A stretch of DNA of 64,000 nt from Candidatus Hermodarchaeota archaeon (lineage in GTDB: Archaea > Asgardarchaeota > Hermodarchaeia > Hermodarchaeales > Hermodarchaeaceae): the NCBI GenBank assembly GCA_016839805.1, contig JAEOTO010000006.1, positions 64,001-128,000 on the forward strand, written 5' to 3'. The notes beneath the pieces were generated by a model, which saw only the letters and a list, made by a program, of their open reading frames with translations, was not told where the DNA came from and did no database searches. Every line of letters starts with the position of its first letter. Position 1 is the stretch's first letter. The translations under genes were made by a program, and so were the position numbers. Below, one piece after another: positions 18,888 to 27,517 of this stretch.

Positions 18888-19193
18888 TTAAGGGGGTTGT
18901 GAGCTGGACTCCGGATCTGATGGTCCAGCTGTATTTATCCTCGCCTCTTGAACCATCCGACCAATCGCACCAAACATTCGCTCAGGAGAGAATTGTGGCA
19001 TACTGACATTGTTTTGAATAGCATTGAAAATCTCGTTATGATTCAAGTCTGTCATCAATGGAGTAGTTGCGATTTCGGTTTTGCCCCGGAAAATCCGTAT
19101 TGCCCAGCGATCTCCAATACGACCCAGTTCTACAAGATAGGATGTCAGTGGGAGTAGGTATTTCTGGGTGATAGGTTGGTATTCTTGGGACAT
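18888..19193 (-). CDS. Hypothetical protein
   Basis: 101-aa ORF, ATG with GAGGCGA SD. Confidence 0.65.
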   Translation of the reverse strand: MSQEYQPITQKYLLPLTSYLVELGRIGDRWAIRIFRGKTEIATTPLMTDLNHNEIFNAIQNNVSMPQFSPERMFGAIGRMVQEARINTAGPSDPESSSQPP

Positions 19194-19258
19194 GAACTGT
19201 CGCCTCTATCTATCGTATCCACCCATATGGGCTAAAAAGCCTTTGTGCACTTGTTTTT

Positions 19259-20509
19259 CTAAGACTTAGGTGTTGAACCTTCAACAAGGACTGTCTGTAC
19301 TGCTTCGGGAAACTCGATAGTGATGTCATTTCGAGTCACCTTTGATAACGACTTTTGAAGACGTTTTTGAAGAGTCTTCAGCTGTGAAGAAATCCTTTTG
19401 ATTTGTTCTTTATTATGAGTTAATTCCGATTTTACATCGCGATGTTCCCATTGCGCCCGTTCTAATGACTTTTCTAATTCCCGCCGCTCATCAGAAGACA
19501 CTGAAGCTTTCAAATCGGTTTTCCGTGACTCAAGATTAGTAAAACGATGCCGATACTCATCCAATGACCCTTTCTCACATATCTCCTCTTTACGCTCCAA
19601 CACTTTCCTTTCTAAGCTAGCTTTAAATTTGATTTTACTCCCTTGCAAAGCTTCTGCCAAGGCCCTCAATCCCGCCTTTAATTTCTCCAAGGATTCTGTA
19701 TCATTTTGAAAAGCCTGCCACGGATCTGCCGAATATGCATCAGCTCCTTCACCTGCTGTTGATGAAATCATCACAGCTCGTCCAGCAGCTTGACTTAATT
19801 TCTTGAACGGTTTTTTCAAAAAGTTCAGCTGGTTGGTGACAATCATCCGAACGCTGTCAATTTCCTTCCCAATCCCATCAATCTCATCCAGCCCTGAATC
19901 CATACGAAACTGCTCAATATCCCCCTTCTGTTCCTCAATCTTTCCTACCTTTTCCTCCTCCACCTTTTCAAGCTCAGACAATTGCTCTACCAACGACAAT
20001 AACTGACGAGACCTGTACTCAATCTCCTCTACTTCTCCCCCAATCTGATCCAATTGCTTCGGTACCTTTTCCTTCTCCCAAATCTTTCGAATCTTCTGGT
20101 AACTCTGTCCCACCACCCGAAACTGGTAATCAAACTCTTTGACAATCTTCTTATGGACTTTTGGCAACCGCGGAATATACCGTCTTCCAGCATCCGTAGC
20201 TTCGCGCAAATAGTCCTCTAAATCATCTAACAATTCCTGAACCGACGAATAGATAATTTCTTCAGGAATCATCATATCTTCAGCAATACTCTTTAACCGA
20301 CTTGACAACTTTGCCGCGGCTCCAGGCACTGTCAACTCTCCATCAATTACAACTTCTGCTAAAAGTTGATCCGAGGTTTCTACCGTCTTCGCCAAAGCGC
20401 CTTCAATCCGATCAGTTTGACGTTTAATGTCCGATCGATAGTTAAAGAGCAGCTCCTCAGCCCGCTTTTCAAACCATTCCGGTAATTCATATACACCAAT
20501 CGAAGTCAC
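19259..20509 (-). CDS. Helical/coiled-coil hypothetical protein
   Basis: 416 aa, E/K/L-rich heptads, GTG start with GAGGA SD. Confidence 0.8.
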   Translation of the reverse strand: MTSIGVYELPEWFEKRAEELLFNYRSDIKRQTDRIEGALAKTVETSDQLLAEVVIDGELTVPGAAAKLSSRLKSIAEDMMIPEEIIYSSVQELLDDLEDYLREATDAGRRYIPRLPKVHKKIVKEFDYQFRVVGQSYQKIRKIWEKEKVPKQLDQIGGEVEEIEYRSRQLLSLVEQLSELEKVEEEKVGKIEEQKGDIEQFRMDSGLDEIDGIGKEIDSVRMIVTNQLNFLKKPFKKLSQAAGRAVMISSTAGEGADAYSADPWQAFQNDTESLEKLKAGLRALAEALQGSKIKFKASLERKVLERKEEICEKGSLDEYRHRFTNLESRKTDLKASVSSDERRELEKSLERAQWEHRDVKSELTHNKEQIKRISSQLKTLQKRLQKSLSKVTRNDITIEFPEAVQTVLVEGSTPKS

Positions 20510-20672
20510 ACTGATATCCTCGCCTCACAAATCAGAAACAAGTATTAAAAAAACTACCTCAAAGAGAACCTTATACACCCCTACTACACCAAGCAATCCG
20601 CCAAAAAGCTTATCAGCGCCCTCCCATAGTCAACAATAGCAGAACCAACGCATCCTGGGATGTGAGCGGGCA

Positions 20673-21563
20673 ATTATCCATAACGCAATACTTTTCACCA
20701 TCAGCCCTCGCACAGACGAAGTCGGACTCCAAGCCAACGTCATCTTCCGCAAACAATACTGGCGCGTCGCCCTCAACGACGACATGATCCGCGAATTCCT
20801 CCGCGCCTACAAAGAATTCATGAGCCACGTCCAAAGTACCGACATCCCCACCCTCCCCATCCACATCCAAGGCGCCAAATACATCTTCACCAACATCGAA
20901 GACCTCCTCCTCGTCTTCATCAGCCACATGCAAGACGAAGACAACCGCGTCGCCGAAAAAGTCAAAACCGCCCTCCGCATGCTCGTCGGCAAATACGGCA
21001 CCGAACACATCAAAGAACTCGGCAACAACGACACCGCCGAACCCATCGAAGACCTCATTGACAACTACATCATGAGCAAACTCAAAGTCAGCCTCGTCGG
21101 CGAAGGCGGCGTCGGCAAAACCACCCTCCTCCGCCTCCTCAAAGGCAGCGCCCCACCCACCGAATACGTCCCCACCATCGCTCTCAGCATCGAACAAATC
21201 GAAGCCACCCGCTACGGAACCTACTCAATAATTTTATGGGACTTCGCAGGACAAGAGCGGTTTCGCCGGCTCTGGACCATTTATTTCAGGGGCTCAGACA
21301 TCGTATTCATCATCACCGACTCCACCCTCAACAACGTCATTGCCACAAAAGAAATCCTAGATGTCATCCGAAAAGACGCACCGGGTGTCCCTGTCTGGGC
21401 GATTGCCAACAAACAAGACCTCGAAGGCGCCCTCAGCCCCGAACTCGTCGAACGCATCCTCGGCATCCCCGCCTTCGGCATGGTCGCCATCGACCAAACC
21501 CGCAAAGAAGAAATGCTCCAAATTTTGCTCGATGCCGTCGATCGCTACATCGGGACGGAATAA
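20673..21563 (+). CDS. Longin-domain + Arf-like small GTPase (probable ATT start)
   Basis: GEGGVGKT, YVPTI, WDFAGQ, NKQD. Homology to the paralog at 25870 extends 37 codons upstream of ATG 20784. Confidence 0.9.
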   Translation: MIHNAILFTISPRTDEVGLQANVIFRKQYWRVALNDDMIREFLRAYKEFMSHVQSTDIPTLPIHIQGAKYIFTNIEDLLLVFISHMQDEDNRVAEKVKTALRMLVGKYGTEHIKELGNNDTAEPIEDLIDNYIMSKLKVSLVGEGGVGKTTLLRLLKGSAPPTEYVPTIALSIEQIEATRYGTYSIILWDFAGQERFRRLWTIYFRGSDIVFIITDSTLNNVIATKEILDVIRKDAPGVPVWAIANKQDLEGALSPELVERILGIPAFGMVAIDQTRKEEMLQILLDAVDRYIGTE

Positions 21564-21753
21564 AGACTATCACTTTAATTCAGACTAGTCACTTGTTTCA
21601 TGTAATTCTCCCAAGTACTCCGATAGAAATTCTAAGCGCATGTCTTGATCAGGCTTGGGTCATGGTCTTCCATCGTTGCGTAGGTTAAGCGGTGAACGCT
21701 TTTGTGTTGCCTCCTGCCATCAAGTTATAAGTTGGAACTTGAAAGGTAACTTT

Positions 21754-22110
21754 GTGACTGATCCGATGATTGTTTATTGTGGTCTTAACTGCAGTGAATG
21801 CCCTGCCTTTATTGCTTATCAAACTGATGATGATGCATTACGGAAAGAAACGGCGAAAAAGTGGTCAACACCGGATCATCCGGTTTCTGTTGAAGACATA
21901 AATTGTATGGGATGCAAATCAACGGAACCTCCTATCCATAGTTTTTGTTCAAAATGTGAAGTCCGAAGTTGTGCCATTGAACATGAGGTCGAAACTTGTA
22001 CCCATTGCCCAGAATACTCTTGTGAAAAACTCGATAAAATAATCGAAATGGTTGGCGATGAAGCAAGAAATCGACTCGAAAACATACGGAAACAGTTGTC
22101 TAAATCCTAA
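21754..22110 (+). CDS. DUF3795 Cys-rich (Fe-S/Zn) protein
   Basis: YCGLNCSECPA, CMGC, CEVRSCA..CTHCPEYSC; start trimmed to GTG after AAGGTAA. Confidence 0.88.
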   Translation: MTDPMIVYCGLNCSECPAFIAYQTDDDALRKETAKKWSTPDHPVSVEDINCMGCKSTEPPIHSFCSKCEVRSCAIEHEVETCTHCPEYSCEKLDKIIEMVGDEARNRLENIRKQLSKS

Positions 22111-22254
22111 ATTTGTTACCGAAAAAAACTGCTGAACTATTTGAGAGGAAGCCTTGTTGTTTGGGTGCTCTTTTTTCGGATTGGTTTATTCGAAATGAAT
22201 TTTATTGGCTAATAGGTGCGTCTTCTGAATTCGAAACGTGGAGAATGTATAAAG

Positions 22255-22671
22255 ATGGAACCAAGTAGGCTGGCTCGTCGGCTTGGAATGGCACTGATTG
22301 CCTGGAGTATTACAAGTATTGTTATTGGTTTGGTGTTACTGTTTGTTCCGATTAGTGTGCTTCAGGGGATTGGTCTACAAGCATTGCTGTGGGGTATTAT
22401 TGATGCTATAATCGCGGTGGTGGGGGTCTTCAGGAAGCAGGAGCAATCAGCGGACAAAGCGACGCGGTTTCTGAGAATTAACGTGTTTTTGGATGTCGGC
22501 TATCAGCTTGTGGGAATTCTGTTGATTGTGTTTTTGTGGCAAGATGCGTTCCTGTTAGGGAATGGGATTGGTATCATAATCCAAGGGGCGTTTTTGTTCG
22601 TATTGGATCTGTACTTTTACCGAAAATTTAGAAACATGGACATATCTACGCCTTCAAATAATGGAATGTGA
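22255..22671 (+). CDS. 4-TM membrane protein (DUF6992-like)
   Basis: WS..SI..G, WGIIDAIIA, INVFLDVGY, QGAFLFVLD. Confidence 0.75.
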   Translation: MEPSRLARRLGMALIAWSITSIVIGLVLLFVPISVLQGIGLQALLWGIIDAIIAVVGVFRKQEQSADKATRFLRINVFLDVGYQLVGILLIVFLWQDAFLLGNGIGIIIQGAFLFVLDLYFYRKFRNMDISTPSNNGM

Positions 22672-22775
22672 TTAAAAAATCCACAGCTTTAGCTCCGTAG
22701 TTGAAAAAAATAAGTCTGGAAGACGTCGGGTTGTTCTATTACAGATTTTTGTGCTAATTGTGACTTAGATTAAGT

Positions 22776-23351
22776 ATGGATAAGTTGTCAGAGCTTCCTG
22801 ATCGGCTTGAAGCAGAACGCGTAGTAGTTAGGCGTTACCAGCAAGGCGATGGCAAAGCGCTGTTCGCCCTTCTTGAACGGAATAATAATCGTGAGTTTCT
22901 TCACGCGAATGTGGAGGAGGTTGCCTCGCTTGCCACGGTGAGAGACGCAGAGACTAAGGTTCAACGGCATATCACTGAATGGGTAGCGCGAGAACGTTTT
23001 GTTATGGGAATCTGGTTAAAATCAGATCTGAACTATGTGGGAGAGATATGGATTGAACCAAAGCGATGGGAGGTTCCCTCCTTTGAACTGGGATGGTTTT
23101 TAGATCAAGGTTATCAGGGAAAGGGACTCGCCACTGAAGCAGCCAAGCGGGCGTTGGGATTCCTGTTTTCTGATTTACATGCCCACAAAGTCATTGTCAT
23201 TACACGGGATACGAACCAAAGAAGCGCGAAATTAGCTGAGCGTTTAGGATTTACAAAAGAGGGACATTTTCGTGAATGCAGAGCAGAAAATGGCATTCAC
23301 TATGGTCTGGTCTATTATGGACTGCTCAAAACAGAATTTTCCCATGAATAA
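22776..23351 (+). CDS. RimJ/RimL-family GNAT acetyltransferase
   Basis: ELGWFL...YQGKGLATEA, NQRSAKLAERLGFTKEG. Confidence 0.93.
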   Translation: MDKLSELPDRLEAERVVVRRYQQGDGKALFALLERNNNREFLHANVEEVASLATVRDAETKVQRHITEWVARERFVMGIWLKSDLNYVGEIWIEPKRWEVPSFELGWFLDQGYQGKGLATEAAKRALGFLFSDLHAHKVIVITRDTNQRSAKLAERLGFTKEGHFRECRAENGIHYGLVYYGLLKTEFSHE

Positions 23352-23452
23352 TACTCCAGTGACAAAGAGTTGACTTCAAACACATTTACGACTTCCGTGT
23401 GAATAATTACGTATTTGTAATCACCGACTGCTAGCCCTTATCCTAAAAAGGA

Positions 23453-24118
23453 ATGGTGAGTAGAATTATTGGGGAGACTCTTTTGTCTATTGGAAATGTT
23501 GATGGGCTTATCCAAGAGTGGAGAAGAGATAAAAAGCGGAGGTCTAGGAGGGGAACGTTTGCTCAGGATCCGAAGGGCTACCAGCAGTTCGTTGCTACAG
23601 TAGCGGGTCAATATCTTCCAAAGATCAGAGCTTTCCTTACGTCGGATTACCATGATCGAAAAGCGGCTCTTAAGACGTGGAGAGAGCTTATCGCTGAGTT
23701 TGGGGAGGATATGAGGATGTTGGATGCATTTGATCCAACTGGTAACACTCAGTTCTTCGCTGCCATTGTCACTGCTCAGGGAGCCCTGCGAGATAAGGAG
23801 GCTAAGAAGGCATTTGAGCAATCGAAAAAAGAGCCTAGTGACGCCTTCGGGAATCCTGAATTCATCAGCAGTATAGCAGCTTCAATCGACACAATTCTCG
23901 ATCAGACGTTCCATGCGATGCGGGGGATGATTGGCAAGGATTTACGGCGCTCATTGATTAGAAAAGCTTCCCAGAAGCTGCATAATACCTTAGCACAAGG
24001 ATTGGTTGAAGCCATTAATGATCTAACTGCTCTTCTTCTCCCCTCGTTGGTCATTGTAGAAATGGAATTAGAGAAATTCCACATTAAGAAACTGAAGGTT
24101 CCTGAACGGGGTCAGTGA
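23453..24118 (+). CDS. Hypothetical helical protein
   Basis: 221-aa ORF, AAGGA upstream, no motif recognised. Confidence 0.7.
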   Translation: MVSRIIGETLLSIGNVDGLIQEWRRDKKRRSRRGTFAQDPKGYQQFVATVAGQYLPKIRAFLTSDYHDRKAALKTWRELIAEFGEDMRMLDAFDPTGNTQFFAAIVTAQGALRDKEAKKAFEQSKKEPSDAFGNPEFISSIAASIDTILDQTFHAMRGMIGKDLRRSLIRKASQKLHNTLAQGLVEAINDLTALLLPSLVIVEMELEKFHIKKLKVPERGQ

Positions 24119-24282
24119 ATAGATTCTAAGTATTTTTCTCCGATCCACTATTTGCCGTTTTATTAACATTAACTAGGTAGGTTTATTTTTCATCATAAAA
24201 CTGAGCGAAGTTAACACTAGGTAGCCGAAACCAATACATACAAATCATGCTTGAATTGTAACGGATTCCACTTACTACTAGG

Positions 24283-24648
24283 GTGTGCTTTAAAATACCT
24301 CGAGTAATAGATTTTGAAATTCCAGCTGATGATATTGAACGTATTACGCAGTTTTATACGACAGTGTTTGGCTGGAAGATCGAAAAGTGGCCAGGACCAG
24401 TAGATCACTGGTTTTTAATTACCGGTGATGATTCGGAGCTAGGAATTAATGGTTCCTTTGCAATGCGTGAGGATTTTCCCGAAGGTACTACTGTGAATGT
24501 GATTGGTGTGGATGATGTGGACAAGTATGCAGCGTTAGTGGAGGCGCATGGGGGTCAATTGGTTGGTGACAAGATTGTGATTCCTGGTGTAGGTTGTTAT
24601 CGCTATTTCAAAGATACCGAAGGGAATCTAATGGGAATGATGCAATAA
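24283..24648 (+). CDS. VOC/glyoxalase-family protein
   Basis: PRVIDFEIPADD..FY..VFGW, VDDVD, IPGVG..YFKDTEGN. True start may be ATA 24295 and the C-terminus may be clipped. Confidence 0.85.
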   Translation: MCFKIPRVIDFEIPADDIERITQFYTTVFGWKIEKWPGPVDHWFLITGDDSELGINGSFAMREDFPEGTTVNVIGVDDVDKYAALVEAHGGQLVGDKIVIPGVGCYRYFKDTEGNLMGMMQ

Positions 24649-24828
24649 GATTCTTCTTCAAGATAATCAGCCAAAAAGTGACATTTTCGGATTCAGTATC
24701 TCGGAATGAATGCACCTAATCCGCTATAAGTGCAAAAACCTTTTCTGCGCCGTTTCTTAACGTTGGTTGAAGCCAAGACATTGAACTTGATTTGGTCTAC
24801 ACAATTCCAGGCTAGAAGGTGAGTTATC

Positions 24829-25848
24829 ATCCCTCGGGGGCTCGTATTAAGTCATTGGGATACTAAGGAAGGATTAGAAATTTTAGCGAAATTTCCGACC
24901 TCCCTGGACTTCGATGTTGAACATCTATCCATGATGTTTTACAGCTGTGCCCTAGAAGAGCCTGGAACCGTTTTTCAAGTATTTCCAACTAAAGATGTGA
25001 CAGAAAGGGCAGCAATCACCTGTACACGGACCATCCGAGATGGAGTCGAAGACGACTTCTGTATCACCGCGTTGCTCACTTCCGAAGAAGAGGGATCTGC
25101 TTATGAAGCAATCCTCAACTCTACTCTAAAACGAATTTTAAATGCGAAAAGTGATTCTCCCAAACGTTCACGCCGCTATCGACAAATTCTCTCAGATAGC
25201 TATCGCAAAATTGAACGGCGGGGTGGTTCACGTGACCGCTCATTGTGTCCCTACAAATATGAACGACCAGTCAAGGGTGATAAACTCACCTCCTATTGCC
25301 GTGTCGTGAAAAAACAATGCTATCTCACCATTTACGAAATGTCGGGTTATCCCCAATGTCCCCGGTATATTCGGCGTGAACGGCAAATCCAACTCGCTAA
25401 TGCCCGACGATTAGTACGTGCTGGCATCAACCGTATTCTCGAAGAATACGATCAAGAACGACAAAAGTCTAAAAAGCATAAACCAGGAGCCTGGAGCGAA
25501 CCGGTTCACGCCATCCTCGAGAGGCTATTCGCCATTCTCTCAGTTTCTCCTGAAACTGAAAACTACTCCCACCGTATTGTTGAACATGTTGGCAAAGAAG
25601 GGTTTTTCCAGGGGCATCCTCGTCCAATTATAGCCGCATCAATTGCTTATTATAGTGCCAAACAGACCGGTGATTCCTTACCCGAAAACGATATAATCGA
25701 ACTTGTGGGATGTTCCCGTACTTCCCTACGTCGAAATTACAGGGAACTCCGAAACCTCCTCGGTTCGGACGATAAAAAACTCCCGCAGCATAAACGACGT
25801 CAGCGTCGCACATCAAGACGAGAAAAAGCCGCTACTCGTGCAGAATAA
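24829..25848 (+). CDS. uDENN/longin-like domain fused to a TFB/TFIIB cyclin repeat (probable ATC start)
   Basis: N-terminus IPRGLVLSHWDTKEG..I...FP aligns with 27518; C-terminus GHPRPIIAASIAY...VGCSRTSLRRNYREL aligns with TFB repeat 2. Confidence 0.75.
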   Translation: MPRGLVLSHWDTKEGLEILAKFPTSLDFDVEHLSMMFYSCALEEPGTVFQVFPTKDVTERAAITCTRTIRDGVEDDFCITALLTSEEEGSAYEAILNSTLKRILNAKSDSPKRSRRYRQILSDSYRKIERRGGSRDRSLCPYKYERPVKGDKLTSYCRVVKKQCYLTIYEMSGYPQCPRYIRRERQIQLANARRLVRAGINRILEEYDQERQKSKKHKPGAWSEPVHAILERLFAILSVSPETENYSHRIVEHVGKEGFFQGHPRPIIAASIAYYSAKQTGDSLPENDIIELVGCSRTSLRRNYRELRNLLGSDDKKLPQHKRRQRRTSRREKAATRAE

Positions 25849-25869
25849 AACACAGGAGAATTAACTCGC

Positions 25870-26739
25870 ATGATTCACAACGTCTTCATCATGACCCGCG
25901 AAGGACGCATGGCCTTCCACCGTCAATACTGGTCCGTCGATATCACCACCGAAGATCGACAAGAATTCGTCGCCACTTACAAACACTTCGAAAAAGACCT
26001 CGGAGCCACCGTCGACCTCCCCATACATGTTAAAAACAACAAATTCATCTACACCGATGCTGGCACTCACCTCCTCCTCGTTTTCGCCGTTGACATCTCC
26101 GACGAAGACGAAAAAATCCGAGAACTCCTCAAAAAAACTCGCGAACTCCTCATCGACAAATACGGTCACGAAATCGACGCCTACATCCAAAAACCCGCTC
26201 CCCTAGGCCAAGCCTTCCAAGGCTTCGAAAAAGAACTCGACAGCGTCATCGTCACCATGCTCAAAATCTGCCTCCTTGGTCAAGGTGGCGTCGGCAAATC
26301 CACCATGCTCAAACTACTAACCGCCGACAGCATCCCCGGCGAATACTACCCCACCATCGCCGTCGACATCGAAACCCTCCAAGGCGTGCGCTTTGGCCCC
26401 TACGAACTCGCCGTCTGGGACTTCGCAGGACAAGACCGCTTCCGCTCCCTCTGGAACTACTACCTCCGGAACGCAGACGCCGTCTTACTCGTCACCGATT
26501 CCACCTTGAAAAATGTCTTAGAAACCCGTGATATTTTAGAAATCGTCCGCAAGAATGCACCCGCCTGCATTGCCTGGGCCATTGCCAACAAACAAGACCT
26601 CCCCGGCGCCCTCGCCCCCAAACTCGTCCAACGCATCCTCGGCGTCCAAGCCTACGGCCTCGTCGCCATCGACCCTCGCTATCGCGAAACCCTCTACAAA
26701 ATCATCCTCGGCGCCGTCGCTGAAGCCACCACCGATTAA
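25870..26739 (+). CDS. Longin-domain + Arf-like small GTPase
   Basis: MIHNVFIMTREG longin start; GQGGVGKS, WDFAGQ, NKQD. Confidence 0.92.
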   Translation: MIHNVFIMTREGRMAFHRQYWSVDITTEDRQEFVATYKHFEKDLGATVDLPIHVKNNKFIYTDAGTHLLLVFAVDISDEDEKIRELLKKTRELLIDKYGHEIDAYIQKPAPLGQAFQGFEKELDSVIVTMLKICLLGQGGVGKSTMLKLLTADSIPGEYYPTIAVDIETLQGVRFGPYELAVWDFAGQDRFRSLWNYYLRNADAVLLVTDSTLKNVLETRDILEIVRKNAPACIAWAIANKQDLPGALAPKLVQRILGVQAYGLVAIDPRYRETLYKIILGAVAEATTD

Positions 26740-26747
26740 ACAGTGAA

Positions 26748-27281
26748 TTATCCCTTTTTTAGCTGGTTTCGTTTTAATTGGATACCTACCATAGGAATTA
26801 TGGTGATAGTTCCCATTAAAAGAAATACGGCTGCAGATAAAACATATGGAGTTAGTAACATCAGGAGGGCTCCGGTCACAAAGACCATTATAATGATCAG
26901 CATGGCTGCGATCCAAAACCCCGGGAGTTCATGCTTGGACACATACTGCATTCGCCATAACGCCCAAACCAGATGAACCACGGCAAACATGACAAACCAC
27001 CCTAGAATATAATCCAACCACGGAATCACATCCATCGGTAACCATCCATACGCAACCCATGAATACGGGCTCAACAAAATAAAAGCTCCAGATACAAGAG
27101 CCCCTCCAATCCATGTAGCTAGAGCCAACGGCACAAACAACCATTTACTCCACCTTTCCACCTCCCTCCCGCCCAACGTCGGTCGAAGTAACCAATTAAC
27201 CCACAAAGTAAACCCCCAACTCCCAAGTAAAATACAAACAAATGGAAGAAAGAACGTTAAACCCGGAATCACATTCAACAT
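26748..27281 (-). CDS. Multi-pass membrane protein
   Basis: About 5 hydrophobic segments; CAGGAG before the start. Confidence 0.75.
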   Translation of the reverse strand: MLNVIPGLTFFLPFVCILLGSWGFTLWVNWLLRPTLGGREVERWSKWLFVPLALATWIGGALVSGAFILLSPYSWVAYGWLPMDVIPWLDYILGWFVMFAVVHLVWALWRMQYVSKHELPGFWIAAMLIIIMVFVTGALLMLLTPYVLSAAVFLLMGTITIIPMVGIQLKRNQLKKG

Positions 27282-27517
27282 CTCCTGAAACCAATTTCTA
27301 TTCCTTCATTCAAATATCCGTTGGTGTCGACAATTCAACCTAGTAAAACAGTTCTTATCCCGTTTAGATAAAGAAAGCAGCAACGAATATACACGAAACG
27401 GCAACGACGACAAACAAGTTAAATACGGGAAATCCGATAGTCAAAACGAAGTGCCAATAGGTCACTTTAAGTAATAAAGCTACAGGAAACTTTTAACCAA
27501 ACGGGAGGCTAAAAGAA

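Noticed and set aside
21099-21128. 30-nt exact match to 50328-50357 and high DNA identity between the GTPase paralogs (21400-21500 versus 26578-26672), suggesting a DGR TR/VR pair or gene conversion
   Set aside because: There is no reverse transcriptase in the window and the differences are not adenine-specific. Conserved P-loop residues under the same C/A codon bias explain the identity.
20613-21197. Long antisense and alternative-frame ORFs over the C/A-biased genes (also 13077-13268, 13066-13434, 25861-26190, 26536-26916)
   Set aside because: The extreme third-position bias removes stop codons in other frames, and the products are low-complexity with no motifs.
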